In this document: positions 48,853 through 58,083 of the stretch, one piece after another
Layout of the letters: the number at the start of each line of letters is the position of its first letter
Numbering within the stretch: the first letter of the stretch is position 1
From: a bacterium
GTDB lineage: Bacteria; SAR324; XYD2-FULL-50-16
DNA length: 64,000 nucleotides
Assembly (NCBI GenBank): GCA_032250835.1
Contig: JAVVEA010000005.1
Coordinates: forward strand, 1-64,000
Reading direction: 5' to 3'
Position numbers and translations under genes: made by a program
Notes under the pieces: model-generated
Database searches by the model: none
What the model was told of the DNA's origin: nothing
What the model saw: only the letters and a program-made list of their open reading frames with translations

Positions 48853-48928
48853 TGGTGAGCCGGGGGGGGGTCGAACCCCCGACAACCTGATTAAAAGTCA
48901 GGTGCTCTACCAACTGAGCTACCGGCCC
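48853..48928 (-). tRNA. tRNA-Lys(TTT)
   Basis: GGGCCGGTAGCTCAGTTGGTAGAGC..CCTGA-CTTTTAA-TCAGG..GGTTCGA..ACCA. Confidence 0.96.
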
Positions 48929-48948
48929 CTGCCGCGTAATATTTCGCC

Positions 48949-48977
48949 AACGTACGGGACCGTTGTTTGGATGTCAA
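48949..48977 (-). promoter_or_regulatory. Putative sigma70 promoter of tRNA operon
   Basis: TTGACA-17 nt-TACGTT, 20 nt upstream of tRNA-Lys. Confidence 0.65.
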
Positions 48978-49578
48978 CCTGATTTTTTCCGGTGTCTTTC
49001 CTCGCTCCCTGCGTGCTCAATAGCCCCAATGTTTAGGTGAACCTTGCTTTTCTGTAAAGACCTTTTTGTGAACATTTCTAAAGCGTTTATATTTTAGTCA
49101 GAACCAACTGGCCCCATTCAAAGCAACCGCACCTTCGGGGGAAAAGCTTATCCTGATTAGGTCCATTTTTTTTAAAAGGCACTGCCCAAAAAGCGGCGCA
49201 CCCCCTTGGCAACGCCGCCAAAAAAGCAACCAGAACTGGGTTAGCGCCGGTTGGCACGATCCAATTAGGGCCCTCCAGCAACTGCGCAGAATGGTAAAGC
49301 CCTCTGGCGCTTCGCTTTTAAGGTCTATTATAAACTGTTGCACCCCTTTTACTCTCCCCAAGAGCGATAAAATCACTTATCCTGAACTAAACACTTAATT
49401 CTTTAACCAAGCCCTACAAAACCCCGTTTCAAAGGCTTTAAATAGAGCCCCAGGGCTTTTCGCAGACCAACATCCGCCTCGCGGAATAGTCACCACAGAC
49501 CTAAGCGGATTTCAAACCGGCGGACCCGAAGCAGCCCTAAGGGGTCCTCCAAAAGCTTGATCCCCCCAACGATTTCTT

Positions 49579-51453
49579 ATGAGCCAAATTTTCGGCCCTT
49601 TGGCCTATTTTAGTCTCTTCTGCTTCCTGCCCGGACTCTGGTTAGCGCGGTTAGGTTATCGTAAAGGATTTTGGACCAAAAATCGTCCGACTCTGGCCTT
49701 AGGGCTGGGGCTTAGTTGGCACCTATACAGCCTGCTGGCCTTTCATGCCCTTTCACTGCGCTTTGGACTAAGCCCCTGGATTTACTTTGGCAGCCATTTT
49801 CTTTTCCTGTGGCTACTGCGCGACTGGTTGGGGCCTAAGGGGCTTTCCGAGCGGCTGTTTCGGGTCTTGACCTACCACCGTCTTTCCCAGTTAGGTTTGC
49901 TGGGGGCGACGCTGATTGTGGTCGCCCTTTTAGCCAACCAAGCTCAATTGCCCAGACTATGGGACCGGCCTATGGTCGATTTGGAAAGCCTAGGCACCTT
50001 AGAAGCGCTCAAGCTAAATTTCCCGCCCCAAAACTTCTTTTTTGCCTTAACAGGCAAGGGATCGGTCTATCATCTAGCCGAACTCATGGCCCTCTATTTA
50101 AGCAAATTTCTGGGCCACCGGGGAGACCAAGCCTACTTCTTTGAACTCACGCTGCTTAACTGGGCCATAATCTATCTGGGATTCTCCGCCTTAGTTGACC
50201 GGTGGCCAGGGCGGCGTTTATTGGTTTGGCTGCTTTTTTGGTTGCTGTTGGCGGGATTTGGCTCCATCAGCGAACGCTGGCATCTCGCCCTGTTAGACCC
50301 CTCCTTTGGGCTCGCTTTGGCTTTATTACTGATGCAACTCTTCAGTTTATTAGAAGTGCGCCGAGGGAACCCTTCGGGCTTGCTACTGATCTCCTTGGCG
50401 CTAGGTCCGCTGGTAGTGATGACCCAGCCGGTTTTGGCCGTCGCGGCGGTATTGCCGGGCTTTTTCCTGTCCTTCTTTTGGTGGATTAGCAAAACCAGTT
50501 TACCGCCGCTGTTTTTTCTGAGTTGGTTTTGGCCCGCCATGTTAGGGTGGCTCTATTTCCAGGCCCAAGGTATGGGGAGCTTTCAGCTTCCAGTAGAGGT
50601 GGACCGGTGGAGTTGGAACACTGCGGCTGCTATGGATGCCGTTAGGCAACTGCCGGGACTCTCAAGGTGGGTGCTCGAAACCGCCTCGCCCAAGTCGATG
50701 GTCTTGCCGGGGATTTTATGGCCTCTATTTGCTTTATTGGTGAGCTTTAAAACCTGGTTCTTGCTGCTCGCCGCTCCCTTTTGGACCGGTCAATCTCGGG
50801 TCCATTCTGAGCCCGGCGTTTGGTCGCTATTCCTGGCGGCAGTGGTGCATCTATTCTTGTTCCAGCACCTCAACCTAGAACCCCACGGAATGGGCGGGTA
50901 TCCCTTTTTGTTCCTCTTTATGTTGCTTTTGGCCTTAGTCGCGGCCATGCAGTTCCAGCCAGCGATCCCCCGGCGCAACCAGCGCCCGGCTTATCTTTTC
51001 TTAGTCTTTTTGTACCTGATCGCCTCGGCCCAATTTATCTTTTCCGACCGCCCTGGTTTCGGCCCTAAGCCTTCTGGGCTTGCGGTCAGTAGCCAAGAGA
51101 TCTTAGCCTTGCAGGCCATCAAACGCTCCAGTCCACCGGGCCGACGCCTGTTGCATGACCAACTGGAAGCACCGCAAAGTTATGCCTTTGCTTTATTGGC
51201 CCAACGCCCCTCGGTAGCTAGCGCGCCCTCACCTTGGCCCCGGCCTGCAGAAGACTGGCTACGCCGACGAGCGCGCAAGATTTTATTTGAGCCCATGGCC
51301 TTGCCACTGCGCCGAGCAGCACTAGAGGAGTTAAAGGTAGGGGCTATTTTGGCTTACAGCCCCTTGGCCTTTGACCCAACCGAATTAGGCTGGCTGGAAC
51401 AAAGCTTTGGGGAGGGCCTTACGATTTGGCTGCAACCAGCCCCCCTGAATTGA
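49579..51453 (+). CDS. Polytopic membrane protein of unknown function (possibly GT-C-like)
   Basis: 624 aa, many hydrophobic segments, soluble C-terminal tail. Confidence 0.65.
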   Translation: MSQIFGPLAYFSLFCFLPGLWLARLGYRKGFWTKNRPTLALGLGLSWHLYSLLAFHALSLRFGLSPWIYFGSHFLFLWLLRDWLGPKGLSERLFRVLTYHRLSQLGLLGATLIVVALLANQAQLPRLWDRPMVDLESLGTLEALKLNFPPQNFFFALTGKGSVYHLAELMALYLSKFLGHRGDQAYFFELTLLNWAIIYLGFSALVDRWPGRRLLVWLLFWLLLAGFGSISERWHLALLDPSFGLALALLLMQLFSLLEVRRGNPSGLLLISLALGPLVVMTQPVLAVAAVLPGFFLSFFWWISKTSLPPLFFLSWFWPAMLGWLYFQAQGMGSFQLPVEVDRWSWNTAAAMDAVRQLPGLSRWVLETASPKSMVLPGILWPLFALLVSFKTWFLLLAAPFWTGQSRVHSEPGVWSLFLAAVVHLFLFQHLNLEPHGMGGYPFLFLFMLLLALVAAMQFQPAIPRRNQRPAYLFLVFLYLIASAQFIFSDRPGFGPKPSGLAVSSQEILALQAIKRSSPPGRRLLHDQLEAPQSYAFALLAQRPSVASAPSPWPRPAEDWLRRRARKILFEPMALPLRRAALEELKVGAILAYSPLAFDPTELGWLEQSFGEGLTIWLQPAPLN

Positions 51454-51457
51454 GGCC

Positions 51458-51487
51458 AAAAAAAAGGGCCCGAAGGCCCTTTCTTTC
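51458..51487. terminator. Intrinsic terminator between convergent genes
   Basis: A-run, AAAGGGCC-CGAA-GGCCCTTT, T-rich tail. Confidence 0.75.
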
Positions 51488-51503
51488 AATGATCTTGGTT
51501 TAG

Positions 51504-52529
51504 TTAACCAAAGATACTTTTGCCATTAGAGCGCAGCGCCTCGCAGGCCTCGACGATCCGTTTGGCCATGGCGTCCTCACCTTTTTTCAAATAAGCGCGG
51601 GGGTCATAAAGCTTTTTATTACCCACTTCCCCTTCAACCTTCAATACGCCGTCATAATTTTTGAGCATGTGGTCAACAATCGGGCGGGTAAAGGCATATT
51701 GGGTGTCCGTGTCAATATTCATCTTGATCACGCCGTAATCCAAGGTTTCACGGATTTCTTCTAAGCTCGACCCGGAGCCGCCATGAAAGACCAAATCCAT
51801 CTTGGCCTTCGCGCCGTGTTTGCCGGTCACTACATCTTGCCCAGCCTTTAAAATCGAAGGCTTAAGCTTCACGTTGCCGGGCTTGTATACGCCGTGGACA
51901 TTGCCGAAGGTGGCCGCCAACATAAAGCGACCTTTAGTACCCAACGCCTCATAGGCATTTAACATGTCTTCAGGGGTAGTGTAGAGCTTTTCTGCCGGTA
52001 AATTTTCGTTAGAAACGCCGTCTTCCTCACCACCGACGACACCAATCTCCACTTCTAAGATGATGTCCAACGCAGCGCATTCTTCCATCAAGCTTTGGCT
52101 GATCTGCATGTTTTCGCCCAAAGGCAACTCGGAGCCGTCAAACATGTGGCTGTTGAAGAGGTTGGGCAGGCCAGCCTGACGGCGGCGCTTGGTTTCTTCC
52201 ATCAAAGGCCGCACAAAGCTATCGAGCTTGCCCGGTTGGCAATGGTCGGTATGCAGCGCAACAACAACGTTGTACTTTTCGGCCAAAAGGTGCACATGCT
52301 GGGCTAGGCTGATCGCGCCTAGGGCTGAGTCGTTGACCGAAAGTCCCGAGGCGAACTGTCCGCCACCAGTAGAAACTTGAATGATCCCATCGGAGCCCGC
52401 ATCAGCCAGCCCTTTGAGCACCGCGTTGGCGGTGGACATGCTAGAAACGTTAATCGCCGGATAGGCGTATTGGTTTTCCTTGGCGGCGTCGAGCATCTTG
52501 CAGTAAGTCTTAAAATCCGCAACCGGCAT
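51504..52529 (-). CDS. fbaA: Class II fructose-bisphosphate aldolase
   Basis: LHTDHC, SHMFDGS, GGEEDG, FGNVHGVY, VFHGGSG. Confidence 0.96.
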   Translation of the reverse strand: MPVADFKTYCKMLDAAKENQYAYPAINVSSMSTANAVLKGLADAGSDGIIQVSTGGGQFASGLSVNDSALGAISLAQHVHLLAEKYNVVVALHTDHCQPGKLDSFVRPLMEETKRRRQAGLPNLFNSHMFDGSELPLGENMQISQSLMEECAALDIILEVEIGVVGGEEDGVSNENLPAEKLYTTPEDMLNAYEALGTKGRFMLAATFGNVHGVYKPGNVKLKPSILKAGQDVVTGKHGAKAKMDLVFHGGSGSSLEEIRETLDYGVIKMNIDTDTQYAFTRPIVDHMLKNYDGVLKVEGEVGNKKLYDPRAYLKKGEDAMAKRIVEACEALRSNGKSIFG

Positions 52530-52639
52530 TGATTCCTCCTGAGGAAATTGTTAAACAGGTTCGGTAGTGTTGTTGTCCCTTCACTACCCCAAATACCGGC
52601 CAAAGTACAGCCTTTTCCCTTAAGAACCCAGGCACCCAC

Positions 52640-53515
52640 ATGGAATACAGAGAAGCCAAACCGCCGGAAATGGAACCCCAAAAGAAGCGCGCCCTGTTGC
52701 GAGAAGCGCTTTCCTTCATCCAAGGATTTTCTGGAAGGATTGTGGTGATCAAATATGGCGGTGCGGCGATGGTCCAAGACCAATTTAAAACTAGTTTCGC
52801 TGAAGACGTGGTGCTGTTGCAGTCCTTAGGCTTAAAGCCGGTGATCGTCCACGGCGGCGGCCCCGAAGTCAGCCGAGTGGCCCAAACTCATGGACTTGAA
52901 GCTAAGTTTATCGACGGCCTGAGGATCACCGATCTAGAGCAAATGAAGGTCAGTGAGATGGTCTTAAGCGGTGCCGTCAACAAAGAGATCGTCACCCATC
53001 TGCAAATTGCCGGTGGGCTGGCTGTTGGGCTTTCGGGCAAAGACGGCAAGCTGATCCAGGCCCGCAAATTGGCCCATTCTACCCACGACCTGGGTTATGT
53101 GGGCGAAGTGGATCAGGTCAACCCCGATCTGATCTTCACGCTGATCGACAAAGGGTACATTCCGGTGATCAGCCCCATCGGCATCGGACATGACAACTTA
53201 ACCTACAACATCAACGCCGACACCGCCGCCAGCGCGGTGGCCGCCGCCTTAAAGGCCCAAAAGGTGATTTTCTTAACCGACGTGAAGGGCGTCTTGCACC
53301 AAGACCGCTTGATCAGCAAGCTAAGCGTCTTTGAGACCCGCCAACTGATCGAAGACGGCGTGATCAAAGGCGGCATGAAGCCCAAGGTAGAAGGCATGAT
53401 CGACGCCTTGGCGGCCGGAGTGGTCAGCGCCCATATCATCGGCGGCATGGACCACCATGCCCTTATCGCCGAGTTATTCACCGAACAGGGCATCGGCACC
53501 ATGATCGTAAACTAA
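52640..53515 (+). CDS. argB: Acetylglutamate kinase
   Basis: VIKYGGAAM, VHGGGP, NINADTAA, GGMKPK. Confidence 0.96.
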   Translation: MEYREAKPPEMEPQKKRALLREALSFIQGFSGRIVVIKYGGAAMVQDQFKTSFAEDVVLLQSLGLKPVIVHGGGPEVSRVAQTHGLEAKFIDGLRITDLEQMKVSEMVLSGAVNKEIVTHLQIAGGLAVGLSGKDGKLIQARKLAHSTHDLGYVGEVDQVNPDLIFTLIDKGYIPVISPIGIGHDNLTYNINADTAASAVAAALKAQKVIFLTDVKGVLHQDRLISKLSVFETRQLIEDGVIKGGMKPKVEGMIDALAAGVVSAHIIGGMDHHALIAELFTEQGIGTMIVN

Positions 53516-53722
53516 ACTCCAGGGAAATTCCGGTTGAGCCCTACGCAACACCTCAGCCAAACTACTTGAATTTTCCGGGTCTAATTTCTTGAATAATAGC
53601 TAACAGACAGTTAAGATGAGGGGTACTTTGATTTGTTGTGCCCCATGGCCAAGCCAAAGTCCGGCCCAAGGGGGTTGAGGCGTCTTGGTAGTGCTGGCAC
53701 CTACCTTAATCCCCTTAATCCA

Positions 53723-54256
53723 ATGAAAAAAACCCTATTCACTTGGCTGGCCCTCTGTCTTGCGTTGATTCCCGGTGGCTGCGCCGACGAATCGGTGGGG
53801 GCCACCGGTGCCGATGGAAAAATCAACCTCACCCTTTCATTGGCCAGCGGACTTGCCACGCTGACCCCCACGGGCGATGCGGTCGTGGCCGCTTGGGGTT
53901 GCGTGGTCCTGACCTCGACCCTTACGGGTTGTGTCTATAACTACAACGGTACCATCCAAACCGATGCGACCTTATCTAGCGATGCTGCGGCTGCCGGACC
54001 CGGCACCGGTTCCGGTTACACCTTCGTTACCAACGGTTATACCTTTAGCGGTTACGAGGGCGGCAGCCGGGCCTATGCTTTTTATTACGCCAATACCAGC
54101 GCCTCCGCGACGGCCGTACAAACTTCCGGCACCATTGACCTCGCCGCCAATCCTGGCGATCCGGGCACCAAAGGGGCTGATGGGGCCGATGGGGCCGACA
54201 AAACCTATTTGGTAACCTTCGACGAAACCGGCAGCTACACCAGCAGTTCCAACTAA
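53723..54256 (+). CDS. Gly/Thr/Ala-rich lipoprotein with short Gly-X-Y run
   Basis: MKKTLFTWLALCLALIPGGC; PGDPGTKGADGADGAD. Confidence 0.65.
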   Translation: MKKTLFTWLALCLALIPGGCADESVGATGADGKINLTLSLASGLATLTPTGDAVVAAWGCVVLTSTLTGCVYNYNGTIQTDATLSSDAAAAGPGTGSGYTFVTNGYTFSGYEGGSRAYAFYYANTSASATAVQTSGTIDLAANPGDPGTKGADGADGADKTYLVTFDETGSYTSSSN

Positions 54257-55254
54257 GCCGTCTCCCGCAACCAGCCGGGCAGGGGGCAGCCCTGGCAGGT
54301 GGGGCCGTAGTGGTGGCAGAGTTCGTCGTGGAACTGGATTAAGCCCTGATGGTAAGCCAGGTTGCGGCGTAGCGGCAGCTCCTGGCAGGCCAAACGGCGC
54401 TCTAAGGCCTCGGTCTTAAAGTTGGGCCCTTCGGCAGGCATCAACAAAAACAGCCCGAAGAGGGTCTTTTCTAAGGCCCGATCCTTCGAAAACAACGCCC
54501 AAGACAAAAAGAAGGGCATCAATCCGTTGATCAAGACCACCCGCTGGCGACTGGGTCCGATCAAGCGCTGGGCGTGTTTTAGGGTCTTAGAACTGGTCGG
54601 TGAAGCCAGCCAAGCTAAGGGTTCGTCGGGCGGCTGGGCAAACCGTTCGTCTAGGGCCTTGAGTAAGTTCGGTAAGGCCTTGGGCCCCTTTAAGAGCCCT
54701 TGGGCTTGATAAAAAAAGCGTAGCCAATATTTCACCAGACTTTCTCCACCCAACCCTTCTAGGTGGTGCGCCAAGCCCGTCAGTCGACGCAGCGGATGGT
54801 TGCTGGGGCGTCCTTTAAGCTTAAGCTGAACCAACACCTCGCCTTTAAAGGAGGCTTGGTAACTCCGGTAGATGGGGCGGTAAGCCTCATGCATCCCCTC
54901 AGTCTCGCTGCCCAACAACCCCAGCTCACCAAGCCAATCGGCCAACAGCCGCAGCCGCCCTTGGGGCTTTTTCAACCGTTCCATTGATTCCCGGTAGGAA
55001 TAGCGGCTGGCCAGAGACTCAAAGGGTTCAGCGAAATGGGAGTAACCTAGGGAACGGAGCAGCAGCGCGAAAAGGCGTTGCTCCTGAGCGGCCAATCCGG
55101 CGGACCAATCAAGGCCCAAACGCCTTGCCTTTTGGATTTGGCGCTGTTCAGAAGCCTGAAAAATCAGGTTGGATAGCCGCGTAGTGCGGCCTAGCGCCAG
55201 GGCTCCACCGCAACAAGATGGCTCCTTGAATTTTCCGGCATCTTCCTTTAACAT
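54253..55254 (-). CDS. Hypothetical protein resembling DUF2851 C-terminal region
   Basis: LGYS, RPSNHPLRRL, IG.SR....INGLMP, QGLIQF...C....CxxCP; family call tentative. Confidence 0.55.
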   Translation of the reverse strand: MLKEDAGKFKEPSCCGGALALGRTTRLSNLIFQASEQRQIQKARRLGLDWSAGLAAQEQRLFALLLRSLGYSHFAEPFESLASRYSYRESMERLKKPQGRLRLLADWLGELGLLGSETEGMHEAYRPIYRSYQASFKGEVLVQLKLKGRPSNHPLRRLTGLAHHLEGLGGESLVKYWLRFFYQAQGLLKGPKALPNLLKALDERFAQPPDEPLAWLASPTSSKTLKHAQRLIGPSRQRVVLINGLMPFFLSWALFSKDRALEKTLFGLFLLMPAEGPNFKTEALERRLACQELPLRRNLAYHQGLIQFHDELCHHYGPTCQGCPLPGWLRETA

Positions 55255-55284
55255 CTTGCGGACAACCTCTTTTATCGCGGTGCC

Positions 55285-56166
55285 ATGCTAGACGACCAAA
55301 TTACCCTGCTGGTGATTCCACAGAAAGACGGCCATGTCTTTCGGCTGAACCTTTCGTCGTTCTTAATCAAGAGCATGATAACCGGAGCGCTGATCTTGAC
55401 TCTGGCTTCACTGGCCATATTCATAGACTATCTATTCATCATCGAAAAGGGCCAAGCCCAGCGATTGTTGGCAAAGGAACTAAAACTCCAACAGTTTCGC
55501 ATCCAGTCGATCCACAACCGCTTAGATGACACGACCCAACAGCTCGTTAAGTTTGAGGAGTTCGACCGCAAACTACGCATCATCAGCGACCTGCAGGACA
55601 CCCGCCCAGCGGTACGCTTTGCGGCCCACGAAGAAAACCTTAGCGAAGAAGAACAGCAAGACCCCAGCAACCAGATTCTTAGCCAGCTCAACCGGCTGAG
55701 TTACGACATCAAGGTACGCGAAGCCAGCTTCTTTCAGTTAGACGCCTTCTTAAAAGAACGTAAAGACCGCTTGGCGCGAACCCCTTCCATCGCCCCGGCT
55801 CAAGGCCACCTATCTTCCAGCTTCGGGCCCCGGTCAGACCCCTTTACGGGAAAAACCAAATACCACAATGGCCTAGACTTTTCCAACGGTCCCTTCACAC
55901 CAATCTACGCGCCTGCCGACGGCGTGGTGGTCAACACCTTCCACAACGGCGGTTATGGCGAGTTTCTGGTGATCGACCATGGCTACAACATCGTCAGTCG
56001 CTATGGTCACCTCGCTAAATATGAAGTCTCGGTAGGCCAGCGGGTCAAACGCGGCGACCTGATCGCGCGGATGGGTAACACCGGGCGCAGCACGGCAACC
56101 CACCTGCATTACGAGGTCCTGGTCCGGGACCAGCATGTGGACCCGGAGAAATACATCCTCGAATGA
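55285..56166 (+). CDS. M23 family metallopeptidase
   Basis: HNGLD, YGHL, GNTGRSTATHLHYEV; N-terminal TM and coiled coil. Confidence 0.93.
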   Translation: MLDDQITLLVIPQKDGHVFRLNLSSFLIKSMITGALILTLASLAIFIDYLFIIEKGQAQRLLAKELKLQQFRIQSIHNRLDDTTQQLVKFEEFDRKLRIISDLQDTRPAVRFAAHEENLSEEEQQDPSNQILSQLNRLSYDIKVREASFFQLDAFLKERKDRLARTPSIAPAQGHLSSSFGPRSDPFTGKTKYHNGLDFSNGPFTPIYAPADGVVVNTFHNGGYGEFLVIDHGYNIVSRYGHLAKYEVSVGQRVKRGDLIARMGNTGRSTATHLHYEVLVRDQHVDPEKYILE

Positions 56167-57542
56167 CCTTAAAAGGCGGCCTGCTTTGGATTTTTTGCCT
56201 ATTTTTTTTGGTTGCCCCTTTGCTGGCGGCACCAGAAAAGCCCGTTTCGGCGATCCCCGAGGCCCAAGCCCTCTTCAAAGAAGCCACCGCCGCCCTGGTC
56301 AAACACCGCCCCGACCTTGCCCTACCACTTTTTAAGCAAGCTTTAAAGCTCGACCCGAAGAATCCAAAATTTTACTGGGAAATGGGCTGGGCCTATTGGC
56401 AGCAGTCCGACTGGGAAAGGGTTTTAGAGCGCTGGGAATGGGCCCAAAAGTATGGTTTTAACGGGTCTGAATTGCCCCGCTTCCGCAAACTGGCCCGCCA
56501 GTATTTAGCCTGGGAGCAGGGAGCCCAAAAGCGCCAAGTAGACCAACCTCCGCTACCGGCTTCCGCGCCCGGCGAGTTGGTTTTGACCGCCGTTGGGGAT
56601 ATGATGTTAGGTAGCGACTACGGCCCGGAGCCCAAACTACCACCCGACGAGGGTAAAGCCCTCTTTGCCGAGGTGCGCTACTTGCTCGACGGCGATTTGG
56701 TGGTAGGCAATCTCGAAGCGCCGATAACGACGGTGGCCACCTCAGACAAATGCAGCCAACTTTCGAAGTGTTACCTATTCCGTACCCCCTTGGCCTTTGC
56801 GGCAAGGCTCAAAGAGGCGGGGTTTGATCTGCTCAACTTGGCCAACAACCACATCAGCGATTTCGGCCTCCAGGGCATGAAAGACACCATGGCCGCCCTA
56901 GAAAGCGCCCAGTTACAGCACTACGGCCTTCGAGCACGCCCATCGGCGGATTTTAAAGTGGGGGATATTAGGATCACCTTCATCGGCGCTTCAACCACCG
57001 GCTGTTGCCAGCATATGAGCGACTTAGAGGGGTTGAGCGAAAAGGTCAAAAAGGCCAAGCAAACAGCCGACTTGGTAGTGGTCACCTTCCACGGAGGGGC
57101 CGAAGGGTTAGAGGCCGCTCACGTTCCGCTGGGTGAAGAACTGTACCTAGGCGAGCCTAGGGGAGACGTACGCCGTTTTGCCCACCGCATGATCGACGCC
57201 GGTGCGGACTTGGTTTTGGGCCATGGGCCCCATAGCATCCGGGGAATGGAGCTATACCGGGGCAAGGCGATAGCCTATAGTCTGGGGAATTTTGTGGGGT
57301 ACCTGGGATTTTCCAGTTCCGGCCACTTGAAATATTCGATGATTCTGAAAGTCCGACTGAACGCGGCAGGGGAGCTGTTGGGCCTTAGGGTCGTGCCGAT
57401 CCTACTCAGCCCCAAGGTGTTGCCCCAATTTGATCCACAGGGGCATAGCCTAGCTTTGCTTAATGATCTAAGTCGTCAGGACTTCGGCGAAAGGGCCATC
57501 CTCTTGGACCCCAAGGGCGACTGGCAGCCAAACCCACCTTAG
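56163..57542 (+). CDS. TPR + CapA-family metallophosphoesterase
   Basis: VGDMML, GNLE, LANNHISDFG, GHGPH, YSLGNF; N-terminal TPR. Confidence 0.88.
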   Translation: MTLKGGLLWIFCLFFLVAPLLAAPEKPVSAIPEAQALFKEATAALVKHRPDLALPLFKQALKLDPKNPKFYWEMGWAYWQQSDWERVLERWEWAQKYGFNGSELPRFRKLARQYLAWEQGAQKRQVDQPPLPASAPGELVLTAVGDMMLGSDYGPEPKLPPDEGKALFAEVRYLLDGDLVVGNLEAPITTVATSDKCSQLSKCYLFRTPLAFAARLKEAGFDLLNLANNHISDFGLQGMKDTMAALESAQLQHYGLRARPSADFKVGDIRITFIGASTTGCCQHMSDLEGLSEKVKKAKQTADLVVVTFHGGAEGLEAAHVPLGEELYLGEPRGDVRRFAHRMIDAGADLVLGHGPHSIRGMELYRGKAIAYSLGNFVGYLGFSSSGHLKYSMILKVRLNAAGELLGLRVVPILLSPKVLPQFDPQGHSLALLNDLSRQDFGERAILLDPKGDWQPNPP

Positions 57543-57560
57543 TCGCTGGTCTGGGGCCCT

Positions 57561-57662
57561 CTAGGGCTTTGGGCGCTCACCCTCGGTTTTGATGGTAAAG
57601 CCTTTTTGGCCTTTGCGCCGGATGCCGATTACCACCAAATGTTTGTCTTTGCTCGGGGACAT
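57561..57662 (-). CDS. Putative 33-aa basic small protein
   Basis: AGGAG RBS 5 nt before ATG; MSPSKDKHLVVIGIRRKGQKGFTIKTEGERPKP. Confidence 0.4.
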   Translation of the reverse strand: MSPSKDKHLVVIGIRRKGQKGFTIKTEGERPKP

Positions 57663-58083
57663 ATAAACTCCTGGGTTGCGCTTTAAGCGCGTTTGGGGAA
57701 CTGCTCCCTTAGATAGTCCTTCTTCAAATAGCGGACCAACCGAGTATTCCGAGGATAAATGCAACATTCGTTCACTTTATTCCACAAAAGTGAACTTTTG
57801 TGCAAGTATTTTTTAAGAACAAATATTCACCTTACGTGAACCGGCTCGCCCAAATGGTCGAAGTAAGCACCAAAAAAGGTCCTCTCTCCTTATCGGCAGG
57901 GGCGCAGAAAACTTTAGGGAAATTAAAAAAAAACGGCAGGATGACCGGGACGACCTAGAGAACTCAGTCCCCAGGCCAATCGCCCAAAGGACAGGGGAGG
58001 GAACCAGGGCGAAAAATAGGGAGGCTAGGGCCCCGGAAGCCCGCGACCATCTGGACGAGCCAACGGATTGGCCGACGGGGACT

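Noticed and set aside
49087-49376. Overlapping - strand ORFs as a frameshifted pseudogene
   Set aside because: No family recognised; cannot be supported without a search
53516-53722. Possible echo of the argB 3' end (GAGTYL versus GIGTMI)
   Set aside because: Similarity too weak to distinguish from chance
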